This document shows, in pieces, positions 17,315-27,425 of a stretch of DNA of 64,000 bases. A program made the position numbers and the translations under genes. Position 1 is the stretch's first letter; each line of letters opens with the position of its first letter. This DNA is from Steroidobacteraceae bacterium (GTDB lineage: Bacteria; Pseudomonadota; Gammaproteobacteria; Steroidobacterales; Steroidobacteraceae). Where the stretch lies: the NCBI GenBank assembly GCA_035342635.1, contig DAOQXO010000001.1:18751-82750 (forward strand), read 5' to 3'. The notes beneath the pieces were generated by a model. The model saw only the letters and a program-made list of their open reading frames with translations, did not search any database and was not told the origin of the DNA.

Positions 17315-18731
17315 CGGATCGCGGCGCTCGAAGCCTGGCATCGCCGCTGCGCTGTCCGCTGCGCTGCTCGCCACGCTTGCGACCGCGCAGGCCGCGACTT
17401 TGCCCGAGGTCTACGCGAATGCGCTGCGCGCGGCGGGTATTCCGGTGGGCGCCGTCGGCGTCGTCGTCATGCCGCTCGATGGACAGGGTCTCGAAGCCGA
17501 GGCGAATCGCAACCGGCCGATGAACCCCGCCTCGACGATGAAGCTGCTGACGACCTACGCGGCGCTGCGCACGATGGGTCCCGCCTATGCCTGGCGCACC
17601 GACGTCGCCATGCTCGGTGCGCGCGAGGGCGATGTCATCCTCGGTGACCTCGCGATCCGCGGCGGCGGCGATCCGTCACTGGTCGTCGAGCAACTCTGGC
17701 TGCTCGTGCAGAAGGTTCGCGGCCTCGGCATCCGCGAGATCCGCGGCGACCTGGTGCTCGACCGCAGCGCCTTCCAGCTCCCGCCCCACGACATGGCTGC
17801 ATTCGACGGCGACGCGCTGCGCAGCTACAACGTGGGTCCCGATGCGCTGCTCGTGAATCACAAGTCGATCAGCTACAGCTTCGTGCCCGATGAGCCGGCC
17901 GGGGTCGTGCGCCTCGCGATCATACCGCCGCTCGCGGGATCGAAGGCGCCGGCCACGGTACCCGCCGCGAACGGTGCCTGCGGCGACTGGCGGGGCAAGC
18001 TGCGCGCCGACTTCTCGCGCCCCTTCGCGCCGGTGTTTCGCGGCGCCTTTCCGCTCGCCTGCGGCGAGCGCAGCTGGAACCTGAGTCCCATCGAGCCGAA
18101 CGCGTATTTCGCCGCCGTGTTCCGCGCGCTGTGGGAAGCGAGCGGCGGCCGCTGGGTCGGCAAGGCGCGCGAGGGCATCGTGCCGCAAGGCAGCGTGCTG
18201 CTCGCCACGCACGTCTCGAAGCCGCTCGCCGAGGTGGTGCGCGACGTCAACAAGTACAGCAACAACGTGATGGCGCAGCAGGTGTATCTCGCCTTCGGCG
18301 CGGAGCGCATCGGCTGGCCGGCGAGCTTCGAGCGCTCCGGGGTCGCGATGCGCGCGTGGCTCGCGGAGGCCGGCCTCGCCATGCCCGAGCTGGTGCTCGA
18401 GAACGGCGCGGGTCTCTCGCGCAGCGAGCGCATCAGTGCCGATTCACTCGCGCGCCTGCTGGCGGATGCGTATCGCAGCCCGGTGATGGCCGAGCTGATG
18501 GCGTCGATGCCCGTGGTCGGTGTCGACGGTACCGCCGCGCTGCGCAGGGGCGCGGCCGGCGCGGCGCACGTCAAGACCGGGCTGCTCAACGAAGTGCGCG
18601 CGGTGGCGGGCTATGTGCTCGCGTTGAGCGGGCGCCGCTACGTCGTGGTCTCGATCGTCAACCACGCCAATGCCGGCGGCACGCAGCGCGCGCACGACGC
18701 GCTGCTCGAGTGGGTGCACCGCGAGGGCTGA
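17307..18731 (+). CDS. dacB: D-alanyl-D-alanine carboxypeptidase/endopeptidase, PBP4 (peptidase S13)
   Basis: ATG 17307 gives the signal peptide MRSGSRRSKPGIAAALSAALLATLATAQA. Catalytic triad of motifs: STMK (NPASTMKLLT), SNN (KYSNNVMAQQ) and KTG (HVKTGLL). Confidence 0.9.
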   Translation: MRSGSRRSKPGIAAALSAALLATLATAQAATLPEVYANALRAAGIPVGAVGVVVMPLDGQGLEAEANRNRPMNPASTMKLLTTYAALRTMGPAYAWRTDVAMLGAREGDVILGDLAIRGGGDPSLVVEQLWLLVQKVRGLGIREIRGDLVLDRSAFQLPPHDMAAFDGDALRSYNVGPDALLVNHKSISYSFVPDEPAGVVRLAIIPPLAGSKAPATVPAANGACGDWRGKLRADFSRPFAPVFRGAFPLACGERSWNLSPIEPNAYFAAVFRALWEASGGRWVGKAREGIVPQGSVLLATHVSKPLAEVVRDVNKYSNNVMAQQVYLAFGAERIGWPASFERSGVAMRAWLAEAGLAMPELVLENGAGLSRSERISADSLARLLADAYRSPVMAELMASMPVVGVDGTAALRRGAAGAAHVKTGLLNEVRAVAGYVLALSGRRYVVVSIVNHANAGGTQRAHDALLEWVHREG

Positions 18732-18735
18732 AGCG

Positions 18736-19965
18736 CTACGCGAACAAGTTCAGGAACACCGTGATGATCAGCGCGTTGGTGAAGTCGATGAAGAAGGTGC
18801 CGACGAGCGGCGCGACCAGGAACGCACGCGGCGCCGGCCCGAAGCGCTCGACCAGCGTGCGCATCACCGCCATCGCATTGGCGGTCGTGCCGAGCATGAA
18901 GCCGACGAAGCCGCCGCCCATCACCGCGGCGTCGTAGTCGCGCCCCATCAGCCAGAACACCGGCAGGCAGGCGATCGCCACCAGCACGATCTGCGCGGCG
19001 AGGATCGTCACGAGCGGCAGCGCGAGTCCGGCGAGCTGGGTCAGATCGAGCGTCATCAGCGCCATCACGAGGAACAGCGACAGTGTGATCGCGCCGAGCG
19101 TGTCGATCGTGCGATGCGAGAGGCCGATCAGCCCGGTGTAATCGTCGATGCCGCGGATCGCGGCCGCGGCGATCATCGCGCCGATGTAGGAGGGCAGCGT
19201 GAGGCCCGTCGCGCCGATCAGCGCGCTCACCCACTCGCCGACCCACATCGCGACCAGCACGACGACCACCGTCTTGAGTGCCGTGTAGGCCTCGACGGAT
19301 TCATCGTCGAGATCGTCGGACGAGGGTGCGGCCGGCTCGTCGGCCTGCGCGGCCTGCGCGTCCGCGGTGACGCCCTCGCCCTTCGCGCGCTGGCGCGGCC
19401 CGGGCACGCGATAGCGCTCGATCAGGTGGGTGGCGATCGGTCCGCCGACGAGCCCGCCCAGCACGATGCCCGCCATCGCGACCGCGATCGCGATCGCGGC
19501 GGCGCCCTCGATGCCCGCCGCCTCGAACAGCGGCGCGAAAGCGAGGCCGGTCGCGGGACCCCCCGTCAGCGTGACCGAGCCGGCCAGCACGCCGAACAGC
19601 GGTGGGCGGTCGAACAGCACCGCGACACCGGCGCCGAGCAGGTTCTGCAGCACCGCGAACACGGTGCCGATCGCGAGGAACACCGCCACCTGCGGGCCGC
19701 CGATGCGCAGCAGCTTCAGACTCGCCGCAAAACCGATCGAAGTGAAGAACGCGACCATCAGCGGGCGTTGCAGCGTCGCGTCGAACTCCGGTACCGGCAG
19801 GTCCTGCCCGCGCACGATCAGGATCGCCACCGAGACGATCAGGCCGCCGAGCACCGGGGCGGGCATGTTCAGGCGCGCGAGCAGCGGGAACAGCCGCCGC
19901 AGTCCGTAGCCGAGGAAGAGGGCAACGCCGGCGAAGGCAACGGTCTGGATCAGATCGAGCTTCAT
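18736..19965 (-). CDS. gltS: Sodium/glutamate symporter GltS
   Basis: 409 aa, polytopic. The N-terminus MKLDLIQTVAFAGVALFLGYGLRRLFPLLARLNMPAPVLGGLIV is characteristic of GltS. Confidence 0.88.
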   Translation of the reverse strand: MKLDLIQTVAFAGVALFLGYGLRRLFPLLARLNMPAPVLGGLIVSVAILIVRGQDLPVPEFDATLQRPLMVAFFTSIGFAASLKLLRIGGPQVAVFLAIGTVFAVLQNLLGAGVAVLFDRPPLFGVLAGSVTLTGGPATGLAFAPLFEAAGIEGAAAIAIAVAMAGIVLGGLVGGPIATHLIERYRVPGPRQRAKGEGVTADAQAAQADEPAAPSSDDLDDESVEAYTALKTVVVVLVAMWVGEWVSALIGATGLTLPSYIGAMIAAAAIRGIDDYTGLIGLSHRTIDTLGAITLSLFLVMALMTLDLTQLAGLALPLVTILAAQIVLVAIACLPVFWLMGRDYDAAVMGGGFVGFMLGTTANAMAVMRTLVERFGPAPRAFLVAPLVGTFFIDFTNALIITVFLNLFA

Positions 19966-19989
19966 GGACGAAGGATAGCGGTTCGGGCC

Positions 19990-21168
19990 TCAGCCGAGCA
20001 GGGATTCGCGGCGATAGAGTCGGCCGGCGATCCACGCGAGCACCGCGCCGAGCGCGAGGCTCGCCAGCACGGACACGAGCACGTGGGCCGGCTCGAGCGC
20101 CGCGCCGCGCAGCAGCGAGGTGATCAGGAAGTGCTGCCCGAGCGAGGGCACGGCCGACAGGGCGAGGCTCGGCTGCAGTTCGGCGAGGCCGACGAATGCG
20201 ATCGGCAACGTGGGCACCAGCATCACCACGCCGAGCCAGGTCTGCGCCTCGCGATAGCTGCGCGTGAACGATGCGACCACGGTCATGAGCCCCGCCGCTG
20301 CCGGCGCGAGCGGCGCGGTCACGAGGATGATCTTCAGGACCACCGACGCATCGAGATGCGCGGACATGCCGAAATTCTCGAGCGCGACGAACCGCAGCGC
20401 CAGGGCGCAGGCGATCGCGGTGAGCGTCAGCGAGACGATCATGAAGGTGGTCGCCGCGAGGATTTTCCCGTAGATCAGCCGCGCGCGCGGCACCGGTGTC
20501 GTGAGCAGCGGCTCGAGCGAGTGGCGCTCGCGCTCCCCGGCGGTCGCGTCGATCGCGAGGTACAGACCGCCGAGGATCATCGCGAGCAGCAGCAGATAGC
20601 TCAGCATGCCGAGCACCGTGACCGAGCGGCTCTGCGGCGTCGACACGTCGATGTCCTGTACCGCGAGCGGTGCCGTCAGCAACGGATCGACACCGCGCGC
20701 GAGCAGCCGCAGCCGCCCGATGCTCGCCCCGTACTGGGCGATCAGCATCCGGGTGCGCGCAGCGTTGCGGTCCGCGCGGCCGCCCGCCGCATCACTGTAG
20801 AGCTGCAGCGACGCGGGGCGCGCGGCAGCGAGCCGCTCGGCGAAATCCGCCGGGATCGACAGCACGAGCGGATGGCTGCGCTCGCGTACGGCGCGGCGCG
20901 TCGCCTCGTCATCGAGCTCGACCGGCGTCACGATGACATTGCGCGCCTCGAGCCACGCGACGAGGTTCGGCGCGCGCTCGACGTGCCGCACGGCGATCTC
21001 GAGACGCTGGTCGGCCTCGTCGGCGGTGCGCTGGACGAGGAACTGCAGCGCGGCCGCGAGGATCAGCGGGCCGAACAGCGGTCCGAACAGCAGGGCCGAG
21101 ACGAGCGTGCGCCGGTCGCGCAGGTTCTCGCGTACTTCCTTGCGCCATACGATGCCGACCGCGCCCAT
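19990..21168 (-). CDS. ABC-2 type exporter permease (NatB-like)
   Basis: ATG at 21168 overlaps the ATPase stop (ATGA). The sequence starts MGAVGIVWRKEVRENLRDRRTLVSALLFGPL, followed by a large extracytoplasmic loop and 5 C-terminal TM helices. The 46 upstream codons of ORF 19990..21306 are rejected. Confidence 0.82.
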   Translation of the reverse strand: MGAVGIVWRKEVRENLRDRRTLVSALLFGPLFGPLILAAALQFLVQRTADEADQRLEIAVRHVERAPNLVAWLEARNVIVTPVELDDEATRRAVRERSHPLVLSIPADFAERLAAARPASLQLYSDAAGGRADRNAARTRMLIAQYGASIGRLRLLARGVDPLLTAPLAVQDIDVSTPQSRSVTVLGMLSYLLLLAMILGGLYLAIDATAGERERHSLEPLLTTPVPRARLIYGKILAATTFMIVSLTLTAIACALALRFVALENFGMSAHLDASVVLKIILVTAPLAPAAAGLMTVVASFTRSYREAQTWLGVVMLVPTLPIAFVGLAELQPSLALSAVPSLGQHFLITSLLRGAALEPAHVLVSVLASLALGAVLAWIAGRLYRRESLLG

Positions 21169-21899
21169 CAGCCGAGGCCCTCGTCGGTACCGATCAGCTT
21201 CACGAACGCATCCTCGAGCGAGGCGCAGCCGGTGGCTGCGCGCAGCGCGTCCGGCGTACCGTGTGCGACCACCTCGCCGCGCGCCAGCACGAACACCACG
21301 TCGCACAGGCCCGAGACCTCCTGCATCACGTGGCTCGAGAACAGCACGCAGTGCCCGGCATCCCGCAGCCGCGCAAGCAGCACCCGCAGGTTGCGTACGG
21401 CCATCACGTCGAGGCCGTTGGTGGGCTCATCGAGCAGCACGTTGCGCGGGCTGTGCACCAGCGCGCGGGCGAGCGCCGTCTTGATGCGCTGGCCCTGCGA
21501 GTAGCCCTTGGCGCGCCGCCCGGCAAAGGCGCCCATCTCGAGCCACTCGATCAGCTCATCGGCACGCCGCTCGCGTGCCGCGCGCGCCATGCCGTGCAGT
21601 TCGGCAAAGTACAGGATGTTCTCGCGGGCCGTCAGGTGCGGGTAAAGGCCCGAATCGTGCGTCAGCATGCCGAGCTGGCGGCGCGCGTCGAGCGCGTCGC
21701 GCACCGTGTGCGCCGCGTCGATCCACGCCTCGCCCGCGTCCGGGCGCAACACCGTGCACAGCATGCGCAGCGTGGTCGACTTGCCCGCCCCGTTCGGCCC
21801 GAGCAGGCCGGTGATCGCGCCGTCCTCCGCGCGCAGGGTCACGCCGCGCACGGCCTGTACGCCGCCAAAGGCCTTGGCGAGTCCCTGCGCCGACATCAT
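21168..21899 (-). CDS. ABC transporter ATP-binding protein (NatA-like)
   Basis: Walker A GPNGAGKST, signature-like YSQGQRIK, Walker B VLLDEPTNGLD, H-loop SSHVM. Confidence 0.93.
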   Translation of the reverse strand: MMSAQGLAKAFGGVQAVRGVTLRAEDGAITGLLGPNGAGKSTTLRMLCTVLRPDAGEAWIDAAHTVRDALDARRQLGMLTHDSGLYPHLTARENILYFAELHGMARAARERRADELIEWLEMGAFAGRRAKGYSQGQRIKTALARALVHSPRNVLLDEPTNGLDVMAVRNLRVLLARLRDAGHCVLFSSHVMQEVSGLCDVVFVLARGEVVAHGTPDALRAATGCASLEDAFVKLIGTDEGLG

Positions 21900-21909
21900 G
21901 CGGCGCCGA

Positions 21910-23328
21910 TCACGGCGCGGGGCCTGCGAGCGTGGTGAAGAACGGCATCGGACGCAGGCGCTCGACGCAGGCGGCGTCGAGCCCTTCGGCCGTGCCGCTC
22001 GTGACGAACGCGGCGAGCAGCCGATCGACGCAGGGTGCGCCGATCTGCCCGTGCCCGAATCCCTCGACGATCACGTGCCGCGAATGCCTGAATCCGGCCG
22101 CCGCGTGCGCGGCACCCGCGGGCGGGGTCACCGGATCCGCGCTGCCGGACAGCAGCAGTGCCGGGACCTCGCTCGCGAGCGGCGCATGCAGGTCATCGTC
22201 GATGACGCCACGTGGCCATATCTCGCACAGCGCCGCGAGGCCGTCGAGCTGGCGCGTACCGATGAACGTCGCGGCGAGCACCACGCGATCGGCGCGTGTA
22301 TCCGGGAACCACGGCGCGTCCTCGGTGCAGACGACGCTGTGGTGCATGCCGTAGGCCATCTGTCCGCTGAGCGAATCGCTCATCAACAGGAACTGGCTCG
22401 CGAGCGGCACGAAGTTGCGGTGCATGTGTGCCTCGTACAGCGCGAGCGGCAGGAGCGCCGCCTGTTCGGCGCCGTAGGTGGACAGGCGCAACACCGTCGC
22501 GAGATGGGCCGGGCCGAATTCGACCGCGACCCGCTCGCCGGTGCGCGGCGCAGGAAGCAGCATTCCCGCCGGCTGCTCTTCGAGCCGCGAGCGCAGCGCC
22601 CGATAGTGCACCACCGGATCGCCGAAGGCGCCGCGGCACGCAGCGTCGTTCGCGCAGCGTGCCAGCACCTGTGCGAGGGCCGCTTCCGCGTCGACCGCGA
22701 TATCGGGGCCGAGGATGCGCTCGGCGGGCACGGTCCCGTCGAGCGTCACCGTGCGCACCCGCGCCCCGTGGTGACGCAGGTAGTGCTGCGCGACCCTCGT
22801 GCCGTAGGACACGGCATAGAGATTGATGCGTTCGTAGCCGAGCGCGCGGCGCGCGAACTCGAGATCCCGAACCGCGGCGCTGGTCGTGTACTCGCGCACG
22901 TCGGCGCGCGTCGAGACCTCCTCGAGACAGCGACGCGTCTGCGCCAGGAACCGTGCGTCGTCGGCGCCGAGCAGGGCCTCGTCGTCGAAATCGCAGTGCA
23001 GCGCGTTCGAGCGTCCGGTGCCGCGCTGGTCGATGAGCACGATGTCGCGATCGCGATTGACCCGCGCAAAGGCCGGCGCGACGCCCGCGTAGAACTCGCT
23101 CGCCGCCGCTCCCGGTCCGCCCGCGAGGACGAACAGCGGGTCCGGCGTCTTGCGGGCGTTGACGGCCGGGACCCGGGCGACGAACAGGCCGATCCGGCGG
23201 CCATCGGGGTCGGCGGCCCTCTCCGGCACCTGCAGCGTCGTGCATTCGGCGGCGACCGTGGCCACCCCGGCGGGGTGGGTCAGCTGGCAAGGGGCCCATG
23301 CCACGGCCAAGGCGAGCGCGGTCAGCAT
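21910..23328 (-). CDS. Secreted alpha/beta hydrolase (S33, tripeptidyl-aminopeptidase/proline iminopeptidase-like)
   Basis: Signal-like N-terminus MLTALALAVAWAPC. Seen: LAGGPGAAASEFY oxyanion region, nucleophile elbow YAVSYGT, and C-terminal GFGHG with the catalytic His. Confidence 0.75.
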   Translation of the reverse strand: MLTALALAVAWAPCQLTHPAGVATVAAECTTLQVPERAADPDGRRIGLFVARVPAVNARKTPDPLFVLAGGPGAAASEFYAGVAPAFARVNRDRDIVLIDQRGTGRSNALHCDFDDEALLGADDARFLAQTRRCLEEVSTRADVREYTTSAAVRDLEFARRALGYERINLYAVSYGTRVAQHYLRHHGARVRTVTLDGTVPAERILGPDIAVDAEAALAQVLARCANDAACRGAFGDPVVHYRALRSRLEEQPAGMLLPAPRTGERVAVEFGPAHLATVLRLSTYGAEQAALLPLALYEAHMHRNFVPLASQFLLMSDSLSGQMAYGMHHSVVCTEDAPWFPDTRADRVVLAATFIGTRQLDGLAALCEIWPRGVIDDDLHAPLASEVPALLLSGSADPVTPPAGAAHAAAGFRHSRHVIVEGFGHGQIGAPCVDRLLAAFVTSGTAEGLDAACVERLRPMPFFTTLAGPAP

Positions 23329-23378
23329 GCGGGCAATATGCCGTACAATAGGCGTTTGCCATCAAGCCATTGAAGTAA

Positions 23379-25211
23379 ATGGATTTCTTCGACGTCATAG
23401 TGATCGGCGGCGGTCATGCCGGCACCGAGGCCGCGCTCGCGGCGGCCCGCATGGGCCGGCGCACGCTGCTGCTCACGCAGAGCCTCGAGACGCTGGGCGC
23501 GATGAGCTGCAACCCGGCGATCGGCGGCATCGGCAAGGGCCACCTCGTGCGCGAGATCGATGCGCTCGGCGGTGCGATGGCGCGCGCGATCGATCGCGCC
23601 GGTCTTCAGTTCCGCACGCTGAATGCGAGCAAGGGTCCCGCGGTGCGCGCAACGCGAGCCCAGGCCGATCGCGTGCTGTACCGGCGCGAGATCCGCGCGC
23701 TGCTCGAGAACCAGCCGAACCTCAGCCTGTTTCAGCAGGAAGCGGCCGACCTCGTCGTCGAGGGCGAGCGCGTGTGCGGCGTCGTGACCGTCACCGGCAT
23801 CGTATTGCGCGCGCGCGCCGTCGTGCTCACGGTCGGCACGTTCCTCGGGGGCCGCATTCACGTGGGCCTCGACAACTACCAGGGCGGCCGCGCGGGCGAT
23901 CCGCCCTCGAATCGCCTCGCCGCGCGGCTGCGCGAGCTGCCGCTGCGGGTCGGACGGCTGAAGACCGGCACGCCGCCGCGCATCGACGGGCGCACGATCG
24001 ATTTCACGCGCCTCACCGAACAGTGGAGCGACGCACCGGCACCGGTGTTTTCGTTCCTCGGCCGCGCGAGCGAGCATCCTGCGCAGCGCCCCTGCCACAT
24101 CACCGCGACCAACACGCAGACGCACGACATCATCCGGGCCGCGACCGATCGCTCGCCGATGTTCACGGGCGTGATCGAGGGAGTAGGCCCGCGCTACTGC
24201 CCGTCGATCGAGGACAAGGTCGTGCGCTTCGCCGACAAGGCCTCGCACCAGGTGTTTCTCGAACCCGAGGGGCTCGACACGCACGAGGTGTATCCGAACG
24301 GCATCTCGACCAGCCTGCCCTACGACGTGCAGCTGCGGTTCGTGCATACGATCAAGGGCCTCGAGCGCGCGCACCTGACCCGGCCCGGCTACGCGATCGA
24401 GTACGACTACTTCGATCCGCGCGACCTCGCCCCGAGCCTCGCGACAAAGGCACTTGCGGGGCTTTATTTCGCCGGCCAGATCAACGGCACGACCGGCTAC
24501 GAGGAGGCCGCGGCGCAGGGGATCGTGGCGGGCATCAACGCCGCGCGCGCCGCGCGCGAGGAGGCGCCGTGGGTGCCGCAGCGCGCGGAGGCCTACCTGG
24601 GCGTGCTGATCGACGACCTCGTCACGCGCGGGGTGACCGAGCCCTATCGCATGTTCACGAGTCGCGCCGAGCACCGCCTGCTGCTGCGCGAAGACAACGC
24701 GGACCTGCGGCTCACGCCGGTGGCACGCGAGCTGGGTCTGGTGGACGACGAACGCTGGGCCTTCTTCGAGGCCAAGCGCCGCGCGACCGATGCCGAGGTC
24801 GCGCGACTCGAGCGCACGCGGGTGCGCGCGGTGAGCGCGATGGAGCTGCTGCGCCGTCCCGAAGTGAGCTACGAGGGCCTGCTCGCGCAGATCGGATTGC
24901 CCGCTGCGGACGCATACGACGACGAGCGCATCGCGCGCGAGGTCGCCCTGCAGGTCACGGTGCGCGCCAAGTACGCCGGCTACATCGAGCGCCAGCATGC
25001 GGAGGTCGAGCGCCAGCGCGCGCATGAGACCGCGGCCCTGCCGGCCGACCTCGACTACCTCGCGATCGGCGGGCTCTCGAACGAGGCGCGCCAGCGCCTC
25101 GCGGAAGTGCGCCCGGCCACGCTCGGCCAGGCCGCCCGCGTGCCGGGGATCACGCCGGCTGCGATCTCGATCCTGATGATCCACCTGAAGCGCCGCGGGC
25201 GTGCGGCGTAG
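23379..25211 (+). CDS. mnmG: tRNA uridine 5-carboxymethylaminomethyl modification enzyme MnmG (GidA)
   Basis: FAD motif [16 protein letters not shown], plus [22 protein letters not shown] and [10 protein letters not shown]. 610 aa. Confidence 0.96.
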   Translation: MDFFDVIVIGGGHAGTEAALAAARMGRRTLLLTQSLETLGAMSCNPAIGGIGKGHLVREIDALGGAMARAIDRAGLQFRTLNASKGPAVRATRAQADRVLYRREIRALLENQPNLSLFQQEAADLVVEGERVCGVVTVTGIVLRARAVVLTVGTFLGGRIHVGLDNYQGGRAGDPPSNRLAARLRELPLRVGRLKTGTPPRIDGRTIDFTRLTEQWSDAPAPVFSFLGRASEHPAQRPCHITATNTQTHDIIRAATDRSPMFTGVIEGVGPRYCPSIEDKVVRFADKASHQVFLEPEGLDTHEVYPNGISTSLPYDVQLRFVHTIKGLERAHLTRPGYAIEYDYFDPRDLAPSLATKALAGLYFAGQINGTTGYEEAAAQGIVAGINAARAAREEAPWVPQRAEAYLGVLIDDLVTRGVTEPYRMFTSRAEHRLLLREDNADLRLTPVARELGLVDDERWAFFEAKRRATDAEVARLERTRVRAVSAMELLRRPEVSYEGLLAQIGLPAADAYDDERIAREVALQVTVRAKYAGYIERQHAEVERQRAHETAALPADLDYLAIGGLSNEARQRLAEVRPATLGQAARVPGITPAAISILMIHLKRRGRAA

Positions 25212-26796
25212 TCTCGCGCTCGTCCTGGGCGCGTTCGCGCTCGCCGCGCTCGGTGGCTGCGCGCCACCGCCGCCCGAGACCTCGAACATCCTCCTGCGCG
25301 GCAACGGCCCGGAGCCCGACTCGCTCGATCCGCAGAAGGCGCGCTCGGTCGAGGCCCTCACCGTGCTGCGCGACCTGTACGAATGCCTGACCTCGCTCGG
25401 CAGGGATGCCGAAACGGTGCCGGGCGTTGCCGAGACCTGGGCCGCGAGTGATGACGGGCTGACCTATACGTTCCGCCTGAGAGACAATGCGCGCTGGTCC
25501 AATGGAGATAGTGTCACAGGCGAGGATTTCGTCTTCGCGCTGCGGCGCCTCGTCGACCCGGCGACCGCCTCGCAATACGCCCAGCTGGTCGATGTGATCG
25601 ACAACGCGGCGGAGATCGTCGCCGGCCGCGCCGCCCCGGAGGCGCTCGGGGTCAGTGCGCCGGACCCGCACACCGTCGTCGTGAGGCTCGCCTCGCCGGC
25701 GCCCTACCTGCCGGGCCTGCTGTCGTTTCCGTCGACCTGCCCGGTGCACCGCCCGACACTCGAAAAGGAAGGCGCGCGCTTCACGAGGCCGGGCGTCATG
25801 GTGTCGAACGGCGCCTTCCGGCTCACCGAATGGGTGCCGGGTTCGCACATCAGCGTGGTGCGCAACCGCGCGTACTGGAACGACGCCGCGACTCGCCTCG
25901 AGGGCGTGAAGTACCTGCAGATTGCCGACGAGAGCGCCGAGTTCACGCGCTACCGCGCGGGTGACCTGCACACGACCGCCGTGGTGCCACGTGGCCAGTT
26001 CGACGTGATCCGCAAGGACCATGCGGCGGAGCTGCACATCGGCCCGCAGCTCAGCACCTACTACTACGGCTTCGCGCTCGACCGGCCACCCTTCCGCGGC
26101 GCACCCGGACTGCGCCGCGCGCTGTCACTCGTGATCGACCGGGAGCGCCTCGCCGAGTCGGTGCTGCGCGTCGGCGAGCTGCCGGCGTACGGATGGGTCC
26201 CCCCCGGCGTGCACCAGTACACCTCGCAGACCTTCGGTTACGCGGGGCTCCCGATGGCGGAGCGCATCGAGGAGGCGCGGCGCCTGTATGCCGCGGCCGG
26301 CTACTCCGCCGCGAGGCCGCTGCGGTTCGAGCTGCGCTACAACAGCGGCGAGGTGCACAGCCGGCTGGCGGTGGCGGTCGCGTCGATGTGGAAGGAAGCG
26401 CTCGGCGTCGAGGCGCAGCTGACCGCGGTCGAATTCCGCTCGCTGATGGCGGATGTCGATGCGCGCAACGTCGAGATGTTCCGGCTGAGCTGGAGCGGCG
26501 ATTACAACGATGCCTACACCTTCCTGCAGTACCTGAAGAGCGATTTCGGCATCAACCTGCCGCGCTACGCCAATCCCGCCTACGACGCGCTGCTCGCGCG
26601 AGCCGCGGGCGCGTCCGATGCGACGGAGCGCCGGAATCTCCTCGAGACGGCCGAGCGCATGATGCTCGCCGACACGCCGCTGCTGCCGCTCTATTTCTAC
26701 GTGAACAAGCACCTCGTCAGCCCGCGCGTCGAGGGCTGGTACGACAACGTCATGAACGTCGTCTACAGCAAGGACCTGGCGCTCGCGGCGCCCTGA
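25201..26796 (+). CDS. ABC transporter substrate-binding lipoprotein, family 5 (OppA/DppA-like), orphan
   Basis: GTG start overlaps the mnmG stop by 11 nt. Lipobox LAALGGC. Typical family-5 pattern [22 protein letters not shown]...[24 protein letters not shown]. Confidence 0.85.
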   Translation: MRRSLALVLGAFALAALGGCAPPPPETSNILLRGNGPEPDSLDPQKARSVEALTVLRDLYECLTSLGRDAETVPGVAETWAASDDGLTYTFRLRDNARWSNGDSVTGEDFVFALRRLVDPATASQYAQLVDVIDNAAEIVAGRAAPEALGVSAPDPHTVVVRLASPAPYLPGLLSFPSTCPVHRPTLEKEGARFTRPGVMVSNGAFRLTEWVPGSHISVVRNRAYWNDAATRLEGVKYLQIADESAEFTRYRAGDLHTTAVVPRGQFDVIRKDHAAELHIGPQLSTYYYGFALDRPPFRGAPGLRRALSLVIDRERLAESVLRVGELPAYGWVPPGVHQYTSQTFGYAGLPMAERIEEARRLYAAAGYSAARPLRFELRYNSGEVHSRLAVAVASMWKEALGVEAQLTAVEFRSLMADVDARNVEMFRLSWSGDYNDAYTFLQYLKSDFGINLPRYANPAYDALLARAAGASDATERRNLLETAERMMLADTPLLPLYFYVNKHLVSPRVEGWYDNVMNVVYSKDLALAAP

Positions 26797-26924
26797 CCCG
26801 CCCCGTGTCGAGGATGCGCCCGCGGTTGCCGGGCTGCGCCTTGAACCGGGCGAGCTGCACCGGTGCCGAGATGAGCCACGCCAGCGCACCCTGCCACAGG
26901 AAGACCTTGGTCAGCGCAACCGCA

Positions 26925-27407
26925 TCAGGGGGAACTTGGCACCCAGGGGCGCGGTTCGCAGCGCACCTCCGTCTTCACCGAGTTGGCGATGAAGCACTTG
27001 TCGTGCGCCTCGTCGTGCATGCCCGCGATCTCGTCATCCGTGGGGAGCTTCCCTCCGCTGAACTGCACCGCCGGGTGCAGGATGACCCGTGTCATCGCCA
27101 TGCGCCCGGCCGCATCCCGGCCCAGCCGGCCGGCGGCCTCGTCGACATAGCGGTCGACCACGAAGCCGCGCTCCGCGGCGATCGAAAGGAACCACAGCAT
27201 GTGGCAGCTCGAGAGACTCGCGATGAACGCCTCTTCCGGGTCGACCGCGGCCTCGACCGAATGCGGCAGCGGCACCACGTGCGGGGATGCGGAGCCGGGC
27301 ACCTCCACGCCGCCGTCGAAGCGCCAGCGATGGGCGCGGCTGTAGCGGTTGTCGGTGAATGTGGCGCCCTCGCGCGCCCAGTCGATCGTCGCCTTGTGCT
27401 CAGCCAA
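26925..27407 (-). CDS. OsmC/Ohr-family protein
   Basis: 160 aa. Two conserved Cys contexts are present: ASLSSCHMLWF and AHDKCFIANSV. Confidence 0.8.
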   Translation of the reverse strand: MAEHKATIDWAREGATFTDNRYSRAHRWRFDGGVEVPGSASPHVVPLPHSVEAAVDPEEAFIASLSSCHMLWFLSIAAERGFVVDRYVDEAAGRLGRDAAGRMAMTRVILHPAVQFSGGKLPTDDEIAGMHDEAHDKCFIANSVKTEVRCEPRPWVPSSP

Positions 27408-27425
27408 GAAAGACTCCAGCCGCAG

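Noticed and set aside
18670-21504. 944-aa plus-strand ORF running antisense across gltS and the ABC-2 transporter genes. Similar long antisense or out-of-frame ORFs occur at 35605..37632, 50516..52498, 56289..58376, 21667..23373, 23322..25361, 45778-overlapping 46141..48039 and 43635..45797.
   Set aside because: Their translations are Arg/Ala/Gly/Asp/His-rich low-complexity strings with no recognisable motifs. The opposite strand or another frame encodes clearly recognisable proteins. Stop-free antisense frames are expected in very GC-rich DNA.
23329-23378. Possible oriC next to mnmG (gidA).
   Set aside because: The spacer is only 50 nt. I saw no cluster of DnaA boxes, AT-rich 13-mers or dnaA/dnaN/parAB genes anywhere in the window.
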